Assembly: GCA_963778115.1 (NCBI GenBank)
Contig: CAVZSV010000004.1
Coordinates: 2,916,658-2,980,657, forward strand
DNA: 64,000 bases
Direction: 5' to 3'
Origin: an uncultured delta proteobacterium
GTDB taxonomy: Bacteria > Bdellovibrionota > FAC87 > UBA2466
Shown here piece by piece: positions 1-9,891 of the stretch; positions within the stretch are counted from its first letter, which is position 1, and each line of letters opens with the position of its first letter. The notes under the pieces were generated by a model. It searched no databases, was not told where the DNA came from, and saw nothing but the letters and a program-made list of their open reading frames with translations. The translations under genes were made by a program, and so were the position numbers.

Positions 1-119
1 TTGCCCTTTAATTCGACCTGGCCGATAAATTCAGAAATATTTTTTGGTCGAAGCGAAGTATCTATAGGAACGTCTTCTTCATGGGGACGCTGATCTAAAA
101 TTTTATCTAAATCGTCCAT
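1..119 (-). CDS. ruvB: Holliday junction branch migration ATPase RuvB, N-terminus (runs off window)
   Basis: Minus strand from ATG at 119 reads MDDLDKILDQRPHEEDVPIDTSLRPKNISEFIGQ, containing the RuvB SLRP..F.GQ motif; directly downstream of ruvA. Confidence 0.9.
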   Translation of the reverse strand, partial: MDDLDKILDQRPHEEDVPIDTSLRPKNISEFIGQVELKG

Positions 120-124
120 ATCAC

Positions 125-763
125 TCATGCGTGCCGAACCGACATCTCTTTAAGGGCGGTTTTCAAACAGACTTCGAAACTTTGGGTGCTCGTCTTATCA
201 TCTTCAAAAAGCTTATCTAGAGTCGACTTCACTTGAGTGGGGATATAACCCAAGTTGAGCAGAGCCGAAGTGAGATCGTCTTTGAGCTGCCGCTCCGGGG
301 AGCTAGCTACTTGCGGTTTGCCCGAAGTGGATCTTTCGACCTTATCCAGCCACGCCCATTTTTCGACTTTACTGGCCAATTCCAATACCAATTTCTGCGC
401 TAGCTTCTTGCCGACTCCAGGAGCGGTCGCTATCTCGTCGAACTCTTTGTGCAGGATGAAGTGGACTAATTTTTCAGGGCTATGTTCTCCCAAAAGGGCC
501 AAAGCAGTTTTGGGACCAAGCCCAGAAACTCCTATCAGCTGCTTGAAAAAAAGTTTCTCGTTCTCTGTCCCAAATCCGAATAGTGCTAGCTGGTCTTCGC
601 GAACATGAGTATGTAGCCAAAGGCTTATCTTACTATTAACCAGAACAGTTTCGAAATACCGCTGGGGAAGTGTGACTTCAAATCCCATGCGGTGAACGAG
701 AACCACGATGCTGTGCGCATCGGCGTTCTTGGTCAAAACTTTTCCTTGGATGAACCCCAACAT
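125..763 (-). CDS. ruvA: Holliday junction branch migration protein RuvA
   Basis: HTHVRED..LFGF, VSGLGPKTAL and PGVGKKLAQKLVLEL HhH motifs, C-terminal ALLNLGY. Confidence 0.97.
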   Translation of the reverse strand: MLGFIQGKVLTKNADAHSIVVLVHRMGFEVTLPQRYFETVLVNSKISLWLHTHVREDQLALFGFGTENEKLFFKQLIGVSGLGPKTALALLGEHSPEKLVHFILHKEFDEIATAPGVGKKLAQKLVLELASKVEKWAWLDKVERSTSGKPQVASSPERQLKDDLTSALLNLGYIPTQVKSTLDKLFEDDKTSTQSFEVCLKTALKEMSVRHA

Positions 764-804
764 AATGGGCCTATCCTGGCATAAGCCAATTTACCTGGGT
801 AGAT

Positions 805-950
805 TAAAACGAGATTATGGCGGACGCTTTTGGGGCAGGACTTCGTTGCGCTCAAAAAATGGGCTCCAACGGCCAGGTCGGCCGCCTCCGCCCATTTTTC
901 GAGCGCGCCTGGCCCTGCCCCAAAATCGTCTCGCCCTAATTCTCGTTTTA
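805..950. repeat. ~146-bp imperfect palindrome (MITE/REP-like) between ruvC and ruvA
   Basis: Nested arms: taaaacgaga/tctcgtttta, ttttggggcagg/cctgccccaaaa, cgctc-aaaaatggg/cccattttt-gagcg. Confidence 0.8.
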
Positions 951-968
951 CCTAAATAACCGAGCATC

Positions 969-1484
969 CTACAGAGTCGCGGGGCTTCGGGCGGAGGTGG
1001 CCATCGATTCCAAACGCAGAGTACTCGCATGGCAAATGGCGACGGCCAGAGCGTCCGTTGCGTCGTGACGATCGGCTATTTTCGCTTTTAACGTCAGCTC
1101 CACCATCTTTCTGACCTGCTCTTTATCGGCGCGGCCGTAGCCGGTAACCACTGACTTCACTTGGGTGGGGGCATATTCGAAGATAGCGATCTTTCTTTTG
1201 AGACAGGCCCCAATGGCGACTCCGCGAGCAATGCCCAGATGGAATGCGCTTCTGGCATTTTTGGAGTGAAATAGATCTTCAACAGCGACTTCATGGGGCT
1301 TCCAAAGGTCGAGCAAGATTTCTAACCTTTCCGCTATCACTTCGAGACGGGGATAAAGCGTCTGCTTAGCGGGAGCTGAGATAGCTTCCGCGGAGATTAG
1401 CGTAAGTGTATTTCCTCGTTTGTGGATACAACCCACGCCGAGAAAATGAGAGCCTGGATCGATTCCAAGAATGATCTTATTCAT
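969..1484 (-). CDS. ruvC: Crossover junction endodeoxyribonuclease RuvC
   Basis: ILGIDPGS, VAVEDLF, EYAPTQVKSVVTGYGRADKEQV, DATDALAVAICH. Confidence 0.97.
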   Translation of the reverse strand: MNKIILGIDPGSHFLGVGCIHKRGNTLTLISAEAISAPAKQTLYPRLEVIAERLEILLDLWKPHEVAVEDLFHSKNARSAFHLGIARGVAIGACLKRKIAIFEYAPTQVKSVVTGYGRADKEQVRKMVELTLKAKIADRHDATDALAVAICHASTLRLESMATSARSPATL

Positions 1485-1498
1485 TAATAGTTACAGAA

Positions 1499-2251
1499 CT
1501 ATTTGTTAGCCAACTGCTCGAACAGTTTATCATCCATTTCGAAATTGGCATGAACGTTCTGAACGTCGTCGTGCTCTTCCACCGCTTCCAAGAATTTGAG
1601 GAGCTTCGAGGCGTTTTCGCCCTCGACTCGAACGGTGGATTTCGGAGTATAGCTAAAGCCCGCGGACATCGGATGCATTCCCACCTTTTCGAAGGCCTCT
1701 TTCACGGAGTAAAGCTCATTGACTTCGGTAGTCACATCCACGGTCTCGCCGCCTTCGGAGACGTCCTTAGCTCCGGCTTCTAGTGCGACTTCCATCACCT
1801 TATCTTCGGGATTTTTCTCCTTCTCAAAGAGAAGTTGCCCGCAGCGATCGAACATCCAAGCAACGGAATTGGTCTCTCCCAAATGGCCTCCGTTGGTCTT
1901 GAAGATAACGCGCAGGTCATTAACCGTGCGATTTTTGTTGTCCGTTGCGGTTTCGATAATAACGGCAACTCCTCCGGGACCATAACCCTCGTAAACCAGC
2001 TCTTCGATGATATCGCCTTCAAGTTCCCCCGTTCCCTTTTTTACGGCACGTTCGATATTTTCTCTGGGCATGCTGGCCGCTTTGGCGATGGAAATAGCGG
2101 TGCGAAGCCTGGGGTTGCCGTCGGAATCACCTCCGCCCATGCGAGCCGCGACGGTAATTTCCTTAATGATCTTCGTAAATAATTTACCGCGCTTGGCATC
2201 CGCGGGTCCTTTGATCCGCTTAACCTTGCTCCATCTATTATGGCCGGACAT
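1499..2251 (-). CDS. yebC: YebC/PmpR family DNA-binding protein
   Basis: MSGHNRWSKVKR, YEGYGPGG, TDNKNRT, DDVQNVHAN; canonical yebC-ruvC-ruvA-ruvB order. Confidence 0.97.
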   Translation of the reverse strand: MSGHNRWSKVKRIKGPADAKRGKLFTKIIKEITVAARMGGGDSDGNPRLRTAISIAKAASMPRENIERAVKKGTGELEGDIIEELVYEGYGPGGVAVIIETATDNKNRTVNDLRVIFKTNGGHLGETNSVAWMFDRCGQLLFEKEKNPEDKVMEVALEAGAKDVSEGGETVDVTTEVNELYSVKEAFEKVGMHPMSAGFSYTPKSTVRVEGENASKLLKFLEAVEEHDDVQNVHANFEMDDKLFEQLANK

Positions 2252-2263
2252 TAATGACTCCTC

Positions 2264-2434
2264 TTAGGAACGTGCGTTTTGCTCGATAAGACGTCCAACG
2301 AGAAAGAGCACCACACCGATTCCCAGCATCGTGAGCTCTTTGGTCATGGAATTGGTTTCGTAAAAGCCGACAAAAAGTGCGAGCGCCACGACTGCCATGG
2401 CGGCTGCTTGTAGGGACTTAGCGAAATAAAACAT
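2264..2434 (-). CDS. Small two-TM membrane protein
   Basis: MFYFAKSLQAAAMAVVALALFVGF...IGVVLFLVGRLIEQ; AGGAG RBS upstream; lies upstream of yebC. Confidence 0.6.
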   Translation of the reverse strand: MFYFAKSLQAAAMAVVALALFVGFYETNSMTKELTMLGIGVVLFLVGRLIEQNARS

Positions 2435-2497
2435 GAAGTCTCCTGAAACTGTCCGAATTCTATTCACATCAAGCCACAAATCAATGAAAATGCGGGC

Positions 2498-3265
2498 ATG
2501 TCCACCGTAGTAACGCTACTTACCGATTTTGGGACCCGAGATACTTATGTCGCTGAGATGAAAGGCGTTTTGTCGGCTTCTCCTCGAATTACGCTGGTAG
2601 ATTTGAGCCACCATGTCCCTTCTTACAGCGTTCGCTGGGGGGCTTTTTTGCTGTGGCGCGCCTATTCGAGTTTTCCTAAAGGCAGCTGGCATCTAGCAGT
2701 CGTAGATCCCGGAGTCGGAACCGCACGTCGTGCTCTTTATGTAAAAGCCGGTCCCTATCATTTCGTGGGGCCCGACAACGGACTTCTGACTTGGGCGGTT
2801 CGCGATGCCGAAAAAAAGGCGCGAGTAAAGGCCAAAGCCTTTGAGATCCCGATCGATGGGGAAACAGGTCCTACTTTCCATGGCCGCGACGTTTTTGCTC
2901 CCTTTGTCTTAAAGAGTTTGAAGGGGACCTCTAAACCGAAGACGCGTGCCGTAAAAGAGTTTTCCGGCGAGGACTTTCCCAAGGTGCGTCACGTCAATAA
3001 AGACGTCATAGGTGAAGTGATTGGAGTCGATCACTTCGGAAATATTGTGACTTCGGTTCCGTTTGAAGGGATGAAAAACGTCCAAGCCCATATCAAAGAC
3101 CGAATGACGCTTCGAATGGCGGACAACTATCTGGCTATCCCACCGGGGAATGCCGCGTTGATCCGCGGCTCCCACGGCTTATGGGAAATTAGCTGTCGCA
3201 TGGGGTCTGCATCCGAAATGCTGAGATTAGTTCCCGGAGATCCGGTTACTTTCACTGCGCTGTGA
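2498..3265 (+). CDS. SAM hydroxide adenosyltransferase / SAM-dependent halogenase family (DUF62)
   Basis: TLLTDFG, VVDPGVGT, GPDNGLL, TFHGRDVFAP, DHFGNIVT. Confidence 0.93.
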   Translation: MSTVVTLLTDFGTRDTYVAEMKGVLSASPRITLVDLSHHVPSYSVRWGAFLLWRAYSSFPKGSWHLAVVDPGVGTARRALYVKAGPYHFVGPDNGLLTWAVRDAEKKARVKAKAFEIPIDGETGPTFHGRDVFAPFVLKSLKGTSKPKTRAVKEFSGEDFPKVRHVNKDVIGEVIGVDHFGNIVTSVPFEGMKNVQAHIKDRMTLRMADNYLAIPPGNAALIRGSHGLWEISCRMGSASEMLRLVPGDPVTFTAL

Positions 3266-3330
3266 CACAATAGCACTCTGATTCCTCGTCGATTGTCGGA
3301 AGTTTGAAGTAGTTTCCCAACCTTACCCAC

Positions 3331-3339
3331 TGATATAAT
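3331..3339 (+). promoter_or_regulatory. Extended -10 promoter (TGaTATAAT), probable leaderless transcript
   Basis: Perfect TGn-TATAAT 6 nt before ATG 3346; no SD sequence. Confidence 0.55.
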
Positions 3340-3345
3340 TTATCT

Positions 3346-4089
3346 ATGTTAAAACGAGTGTTCCTGATTCTGCTTTGTCTCTTCTTTGAAGTGTCCATTT
3401 GCTCCAAAGCATTCGCGAGCAAAGACTTTAAAGGAATGTTCGGTAATTATCAGGCCGATAAGTACACGGAAAACGAAGGTAACGACTCGGATTTCGGTAT
3501 TGATATTTCACTGTCGACGATGATGCCACTATCCCCGGTCATTAGTAGCGCTCCGGCAGGAACGTCGAACTACACTTCGCTATATTCATCCATGTTTTTT
3601 AACGGTGAGATAAGTGCTTTTCTCACCTTCGCCTATCGTTGGGAGTTCTTTGCTTCCGTCGGCTATTACACTTATGACAGTCGCGTGCAGCTTCCCATAT
3701 CGTATACCGCCCCACTGTATCTTTCCTATACCATGACCTCTATTCCTGTCGTTGGTGGGGTCAGATATCGATTCGCGGATGGGGATATCGTTCCTTATGT
3801 AGGTGTCGGGGCAGGGGTCTCCTGGGTGACACGGCAAACAACGTACGACGATTCGACATTAAACGGCAGTGCGACGGGAAGCCAAAATTCCAGTGCTGTT
3901 CTGACCGGAGAGGTCGTGGGAGGATTTGAGTTCTTCTTTACCTCGCACGCCGGAGTTCGCTTAGAAGTATCGGCCTATTACCTGGCACTGCCCTCGGTTT
4001 ATTACAATCCTCCCGGGAATGCGTCGGCACTTTACGCCGCCAACCCCTGGTTCTTGCGATATTCCAGCGGAGTCTTCATCCTCTTCTAG
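3346..4089 (+). CDS. Outer-membrane beta-barrel protein (OmpW/OmpA-like)
   Basis: Signal peptide, amphipathic strands, PYVGVGAG motif, C-terminal Phe. Confidence 0.75.
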   Translation: MLKRVFLILLCLFFEVSICSKAFASKDFKGMFGNYQADKYTENEGNDSDFGIDISLSTMMPLSPVISSAPAGTSNYTSLYSSMFFNGEISAFLTFAYRWEFFASVGYYTYDSRVQLPISYTAPLYLSYTMTSIPVVGGVRYRFADGDIVPYVGVGAGVSWVTRQTTYDDSTLNGSATGSQNSSAVLTGEVVGGFEFFFTSHAGVRLEVSAYYLALPSVYYNPPGNASALYAANPWFLRYSSGVFILF

Positions 4090-4254
4090 GCTATTTCATT
4101 CCCCAGGTTACGCATCCAGTCATGGAATCCACACTAATCTCATAGTCTTGCGTTTATTGTCTTAAATTTCTGCCCCGTCTGCCGATAAGTGACATCGTAA
4201 GACCCTACACATCAGAAAGGGTCTTAAGGCATTTGGCCTAAACGGGAGGAAGGT

Positions 4255-4944
4255 ATGGACGAGATAGTTAATATTGGTAATTTTGTCCGCGAAGGCGGAA
4301 TTGCTAGCGCATTGGTTTGCGTAGTTGCCATTGCGGCGGTTGCAATCTCCATCGAGCGCTGGATTAAAATCCAATTTCAATACAGCGTCAACAGTCGGGC
4401 GTTCATGGCGAAGCTCAAAAAATATATTTTCAGCGACAACATTGATCGCGCCATCAGTCTTTGTAACAGCAAGAGCGAAGCGCTCTTGCCCAGAGTGCTG
4501 AAAAGCGGGCTCACCCGCGCTAAGGACTCGGTAGCCGACATCCAAAACGCCGTCGACGAGGCGACACTCGAAGTGATGCCGAAACTTGAAGCTCGGGCCC
4601 TTTACTTGCCGACGCTGGCCAATATGGCGACCCTATTAGGATTGTTCGGAACAATTACGGATTATCGTGGCTTCCGAGGAGCAGGACAAGCCGTGGATGC
4701 GGTCCAACGACAAGCGTTCTTACAAACAGCTATCGCTATGGCGATGCATACGACCGCTTTAGGAATTATGGTCGCGATCCCAACACTATTTGTTCACGTC
4801 GGTATTGCAATCGAAGATTAACTCAATCATTTCCGACATCGATCAGTATACCGTGAAACTCGTCAATTTCTCAGTGCCGCTCAGAAGATGGGCCGTCCTC
4901 AAGTGACGTCCGATGACGAAGATGCGGCACAAGCTAATGACTAA
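4255..4944 (+). CDS. MotA/TolQ/ExbB proton channel (AglR-like), frameshifted
   Basis: SIERW, NIDRAISLC, LANMATLLGLFGTI, AMHTTALGIMVAIP; C-terminus continues in another frame to TAA at 4944. Confidence 0.88.
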
Positions 4945-4958
4945 AGAGGAATAGTGTT

Positions 4959-5502
4959 ATGGCTCACGCACCGAGTGGCCGAAATCATCGGGTAAAACCT
5001 GAAACAGAACTGAATCTCGTTCCCATGATCGACATGGTGACGAACCTCATGTTCTTTCTGATGATGTTTGCCGCGATATTCCCATTGTGATGATCGATGC
5101 TCCCCTCCCGAAGATCGCATCCACAGCGGAAGAAGTGAAAAAGGCAAAGGACGATCAGAATAAACTCGAAGTTACGGTCTATCATCAATAAGAAAGGATT
5201 CTCGGTTAAGTCTGACGGGCTGGCGACCATTCTATTCCATTGGGTGCTGACGGCAAAATGAACGTTGCCGAACTGCACTCTTACTTAGTCAAGCTTCATG
5301 AGAAAAGGCCCAATCGAAAGAAATCACTCTCATGCCCGCTGATGACACCACTTACGATGTCATGGTGGAAGTGATGGATGCTTCCCGAGAGTTGGTTCAA
5401 GGGGATGCTGGTTTTCAGCAAGTTCCTCCGGATATTGCTCAAAAGCCGGAGAGCATGCAGTTTAACCGTTTATTTCCTGATGCAAGTATTGGAGGCGTGT
5501 AA
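4959..5502 (+). CDS. ExbD/TolR family protein (AglQ/S-like) #1, frameshifted
   Basis: Missing from the ORF track: MAHAPSGRNHRVKPETELNLVPMIDMVTNLMFFLM...YDVMVEVMDASRE; TAATG overlap with the next gene. Confidence 0.85.
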
Positions 5503-6059
5503 TGGCTGGCGGCGGTGGTGCGGTAGCGGCAAAAATGAGCCGATCGCAACGTAAAACAACGGCAAAGATAAAAGGTCGTCAAAGTGTGACGAACGGCCTG
5601 ATGTTGACTTCAATGCTCGACATCTTGACGGTGGTTCTTTTCTTTTTGCTGAAAATCTATTCGTCCGTTGTTTCCGATTTTGCGACCGCAAAGGACATCA
5701 CCCTTCCGCGTTCCAGTTCGCTCATTCCACCGGTTCCTTCTTTGCAGCTGGTAGTCACTCAAGAAGCCATCATTTTGGACGACACGCCTTTGGTTCACAT
5801 CGTCAACGGTGATGTTCAGCGTTCCGACCTGTTTAGAGATGGAGTTACCATCACCAAGCTGGCGCAGGCTTTGGCGGAACAAAAGAAACGCTCGATGTTC
5901 CAGAGCCAAACCAATGATCCCCATTCGTTCTCGGGAACCATTGTGTTACAGGCGGATAAAAATCTAACCTTCAATCTACTCAAAAAAGTCATCTACACCG
6001 CGGGCATCACCGATTTTGTGATGTTGAAGCTTGCGGTTATGAAAAAAGATGACGGCTGA
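5502..6059 (+). CDS. ExbD/TolR family protein (AglQ/S-like) #2
   Basis: LTSMLDILTVVLFFLL, LQADKNLTFNLLKKVIYTA. Confidence 0.9.
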   Translation: MAGGGGAVAAKMSRSQRKTTAKIKGRQSVTNGLMLTSMLDILTVVLFFLLKIYSSVVSDFATAKDITLPRSSSLIPPVPSLQLVVTQEAIILDDTPLVHIVNGDVQRSDLFRDGVTITKLAQALAEQKKRSMFQSQTNDPHSFSGTIVLQADKNLTFNLLKKVIYTAGITDFVMLKLAVMKKDDG

Positions 6060-6091
6060 CCCCGCTTCGCCTTCGGCTACGCGGGGCAAGT
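6060..6091. repeat. Short REP-like hairpin between convergent genes
   Basis: ccccgc-ttcgccttcggctac-gcgggg nested stem-loop. Confidence 0.5.
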
Positions 6092-6098
6092 CCCGGCC

Positions 6099-8690
6099 CT
6101 ACCCCTGCGACGGGAAATTCCTATCTAAGATTTTCTTCGTTTCCTCTTTGATACGGTCCGAATGAGACTCCGTTGATACGGTCTTAAGCATGTCTCGCAC
6201 GGGAACATTTTTTACTTCCGAGATAGTGCGTAAGATTCGACTTTTGGTCTCGTCATCAAAGCGACCATCCTTCAAAAGGAAGTCGGTTAAAAAATCCGCC
6301 CACTCCTTCGAATTCTTCAATGGCTGATTATCGCTGATAAGCCAACCGATGCGACCCATAAGATCGTTCCGGCATGTCTTTGCCATTTCTGCTATCTCAT
6401 GTGCCGCTTCTGGATTTCTGTAAGATCCAAAGGCAATCTGTGGGGCATATCCATAACGATACCCGCGCGCTGACTGTACTTTATACGCAAGCTTTAGTGC
6501 GTCCGCTGATCTTGATGTCCCCAGTGCGGCTACGGCGTTTGCGGAAGCAATCACGTCATCCAAAGACGTTTGGGGATCGAGCAGTACTTTGGATAGCAGC
6601 TTAAACGACTTATCGGAATTGACGTACCCCAGCGTCGCTAACAGGCTAGAGCGATAGGAGCGCCATCCCAACGTATCGGAAAGATACGTCGGCTGTTGGG
6701 CGAATTGGGGGAGCTGGGACGCTTCGGCCAGTGAGAGTACTGCATCTGCGACCGTGTCAGGTAGCCAGGTCGTTTTGGTATCTCGTAAGCGTCCCAGAAG
6801 AGCCATGCGAACGTAAGGCGAAGGATCGTGCTTGAGGACTTCAGCCAACGTTTTCTGTGCTGACGACGATATCTTATTTCCGTCCATCAACCCCTGTGAC
6901 AGCACATAGGTCGCCCAATATCGTGTGACTGCGTCCGGATCTTGCGAAGCCTGTATCGAAAGGATGGATTCATCGATAGTCTCCGGGACTACTTTGCCAG
7001 GAACGATTCCTTGTGCATTTAGCGATACCCACTCGGGCTTGGCGGGAAGAGCAATTTCAGCCGTGGTTTCCGACTGAGTCACCAAAATCTCAGTCGACTT
7101 ATCAAATTCCGGCGTGGTTCTGCGATGCAAAGCGATGGGCAGTTTGAATACAAACTTGGACTTGTCTTCTCCATGATTCGGTTTCTGATGTACGACCAAT
7201 TTATAGGTTTGTTTCTTTTCGTCCCAATTTCCGCCATAGGAAATAATGGGATAACCGCGTTGCAGCAGCCATGAGTCTCTGACGCTATTAAGATCTCCTT
7301 CGGAGCTCATTCCTCGTTTTGAGTTGTCCGCTTTTGAAAGTGCCTCGAAGAGATCAAGGTAGGTGGCATTGGCGAATTTATGCTCGTTTAAATAGAGCCC
7401 AACCCCCTTTCGAAACGTCTCTTCTCCCAGAAAGACAGAGACCATCCTAAGCACATTTGCCCCTTTGGTGTAATTAATGCTGTCAAAGGCGCCGTCAGGA
7501 TTGGTGAGACTGTTATCCACGATGGCGTGGCTTCGAGGACCATCGTCTTCACGGAAATAACTGTCCCAGGTATTGCTAGCCAGTGAGACCGTGGCAGGTT
7601 CGTTACCGAACTTATGAGCACTCGATAAGTAAGCCATAAGGTCCGCGAACGATTCATTCAGCCAAACGTCGTTCCACCAGTTCATGGTCACATAATCACC
7701 AAACCACTGGTGAGCCAGTTCGTGGGCCGCCAACCCGTAAATGCGTTTGTAGTCTCTGGCGGAAGTAGGATCCAAAAGAATACTCTCTTCGTTCATATTG
7801 GTCGCTGTTGTGTTCTCCATCCCGCCCCAGATAAAGGTAGGAACTCCCACGGTGGCATACTTATCCCAGGGGTATTTCACTCCTAAATATTGGTTATAGA
7901 AATCCAAGGAGTCTTGGGTCGCTTCAAGAACATAATGGGCGCGGTTGGCTTTCGAAGGGCTCACCCAAACGGAGACTTCGGGAGCTTTCTTGGAAAGAGT
8001 AAGCTTCGTAAAAGGAGCGATAGCCACCGTTAGTAAATAGGTGGATTGCACCAAAGGCTGCGACCAATGGACTTCATGAAGTTGTTGGGCGCCGCGAATC
8101 TTCTTATCGCTGACGAGTTTTCCGTTACTCACGACTTGGTAGTGCTGGGGAACCGTTATGAGTACTTCGCTCGTTGCCTTATCATTCGGCTGGTCATCAC
8201 AGGGGTAAAAGGCGCGCGCTGACGTTGGTTCAAAATGAGTGAAAAACAGAGGGCCTCGAGCGGCATCGTCAGGATCATCGACCTTAAATAGACCGTAATG
8301 GCCGTCATTAATTTTTCCAGAGTAGGCTATCTCAATCTGAACTTTGGTACCTTTCTTCATCGATTTTGGAAGTTGAATCTTAAGAAACTTAGGATCCGTA
8401 GCATTAAAGGTAAGAGAAGCTCGTCGGGGTTTCTGAAGGGTTACTGACTTAATGGTGAGGGCCTTGGTATCGAGTTCGAGTTCGCAGGCACCCTCCTTTA
8501 AAGTGGCTGTCATTTGGAGCGATGCTTCAAAATCTTTGGGATTCGCCGCGGGGTCGAGCGTCATCGCTAAGCGGTAATGGGTGGCCTTGTAGCATCGGGT
8601 CCTGGGCCCTTCGTCGGCCACACTCGAACGGCTTGCTAGTGATAAGAAAATGGTTAATAGCGCAGCGGCAAAAATTTTTTTGTCGTACAT
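6099..8690 (-). CDS. Secreted M1 family zinc aminopeptidase with HEAT-like C-terminus
   Basis: Signal peptide; GGMEN; HELAHQWFG...WLNESFA (HEXXH-18-E); YTKGA. Confidence 0.95.
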   Translation of the reverse strand: MYDKKIFAAALLTIFLSLASRSSVADEGPRTRCYKATHYRLAMTLDPAANPKDFEASLQMTATLKEGACELELDTKALTIKSVTLQKPRRASLTFNATDPKFLKIQLPKSMKKGTKVQIEIAYSGKINDGHYGLFKVDDPDDAARGPLFFTHFEPTSARAFYPCDDQPNDKATSEVLITVPQHYQVVSNGKLVSDKKIRGAQQLHEVHWSQPLVQSTYLLTVAIAPFTKLTLSKKAPEVSVWVSPSKANRAHYVLEATQDSLDFYNQYLGVKYPWDKYATVGVPTFIWGGMENTTATNMNEESILLDPTSARDYKRIYGLAAHELAHQWFGDYVTMNWWNDVWLNESFADLMAYLSSAHKFGNEPATVSLASNTWDSYFREDDGPRSHAIVDNSLTNPDGAFDSINYTKGANVLRMVSVFLGEETFRKGVGLYLNEHKFANATYLDLFEALSKADNSKRGMSSEGDLNSVRDSWLLQRGYPIISYGGNWDEKKQTYKLVVHQKPNHGEDKSKFVFKLPIALHRRTTPEFDKSTEILVTQSETTAEIALPAKPEWVSLNAQGIVPGKVVPETIDESILSIQASQDPDAVTRYWATYVLSQGLMDGNKISSSAQKTLAEVLKHDPSPYVRMALLGRLRDTKTTWLPDTVADAVLSLAEASQLPQFAQQPTYLSDTLGWRSYRSSLLATLGYVNSDKSFKLLSKVLLDPQTSLDDVIASANAVAALGTSRSADALKLAYKVQSARGYRYGYAPQIAFGSYRNPEAAHEIAEMAKTCRNDLMGRIGWLISDNQPLKNSKEWADFLTDFLLKDGRFDDETKSRILRTISEVKNVPVRDMLKTVSTESHSDRIKEETKKILDRNFPSQG

Positions 8691-8828
8691 GGCGATCCCC
8701 TTACCCGTCCCTAAACCTTCCCATTAAATTCCAAGGCTTAGACTGTTGCCTTCCCCCGGGGCAAAGTCAACGGGTTGCCCGGAAGCTTTCTTGACTTAGG
8801 GGCCAGCCGCGACTTTTATCAACCCCTG

Positions 8829-9629
8829 ATGAAAAAGAAAAAAGTTGTGAAACGCGCTGGCTCTCTTAAAGAGACCGGTCGACTTCTTGAAGTTGTCCAT
8901 CGCCTTAGAAAAGAATGTCCTTGGGATCGCAAGCAAACCCACAAGAGTCTCATTCCATACCTGATCGAGGAAGCCTACGAGGCAGTGGGAGCGATTGAAT
9001 CCAAGAGTCGGGACCAAATGCGGGAAGAGTTGGGCGATGTTTTGCTTCAAATCGTCCTTCATTCAGAGATTGCAGCGGAGAGGGGCAATTTTACGTTTGA
9101 AGAAGTGGCAAATGCCGTCGCTGAGAAGATGGTTAGACGGCATCCGCATGTTTTCGGAAATGCCGTGGTCAAAAATGCAAAAGACCAATTAAAGAACTGG
9201 TCTAAACTAAAAGACGCTGAAAAACCTAATCGATCGTTATTAGCAGGAACTCCAAAGGCAATGCCGGCGCTTCAGTTGGCGCAGCGCTATGGAGAGATCG
9301 CCGCAAGTGTAAATTTCGATTGGCCCTCTGCGGAAGCGGTGATGGAGAAGGTGGATGAAGAATTAGCAGAACTAAAGGTCGAAATTGAACGCAAGACTCG
9401 CCGTCAAGAGGACATGGAAATGGAGCTGGGCGATTTTCTTTTCACCATCACCCGTCTCGCCGCCCATCTAAAAATAGATTCCGAACGGGCCCTTCGAAAA
9501 GCTTGCGGGAAGTTTGAGTCAAGATTTGGACGTCTGGAGAAGGAATTTAAGAAACGTAAGACGCCCATGGCGGATAGCCCTCTTGAGGAGCTGGAGGAGG
9601 CTTGGCAGAAGATAAAGAGGGAATTATAG
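8829..9629 (+). CDS. mazG: Nucleoside triphosphate pyrophosphohydrolase MazG
   Basis: CPWDRKQTHKSL, EEAYE, EELGDVLLQ, RRHPHVF; second domain ELGDFLF. Confidence 0.96.
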   Translation: MKKKKVVKRAGSLKETGRLLEVVHRLRKECPWDRKQTHKSLIPYLIEEAYEAVGAIESKSRDQMREELGDVLLQIVLHSEIAAERGNFTFEEVANAVAEKMVRRHPHVFGNAVVKNAKDQLKNWSKLKDAEKPNRSLLAGTPKAMPALQLAQRYGEIAASVNFDWPSAEAVMEKVDEELAELKVEIERKTRRQEDMEMELGDFLFTITRLAAHLKIDSERALRKACGKFESRFGRLEKEFKKRKTPMADSPLEELEEAWQKIKREL

Positions 9630-9654
9630 TGACGCGCATCCTTATGCAAGGCGC

Positions 9655-9735
9655 TTGCTTCGTCGAGTCGCTTCGCTCCTGCTCCTCGCTCCTCAATGGT
9701 AGGGACCCCTCCCTTTCCAAACGGCTCGCAATGAC
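9655..9735. repeat. REP-like element (TTGCTTCGTCG...CTCGCAATGAC type) with an internal insert
   Basis: ttgcttcgtcgagtcgcttcgctcc...ggctcgcaatgac resembles the widespread GTCATTGCGAG..GAAGCAA repeat (recognised from memory). Confidence 0.5.
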
Positions 9736-9853
9736 TGACTTTGTGCGAGTTCTCCCCGTCAAACTTTCATTAAGAAGTGAAAAAACGACCCTGATTTGCT
9801 CCTCTTCGGTATCAAAATGTCCCTAATCCTTTTTGTTTCGTGCCTCATTAGAC

Positions 9854-9869
9854 TGGCATCGCTTTTGCT
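9854..9869 (+). promoter_or_regulatory. Sigma54 -24/-12 promoter
   Basis: TGGCAT-cgctt-TTGCT with exact spacing; a G-rich RBS and GTG at 9892 follow. Confidence 0.65.
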
Positions 9870-9891
9870 CTTTCATTCTTCGGGGGGAAGC

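Noticed and set aside
2498..3265. Fluorinase/chlorinase
   Set aside because: No halometabolite context; the housekeeping neighbourhood favours the common DUF62 hydrolase, though only an alignment can settle this
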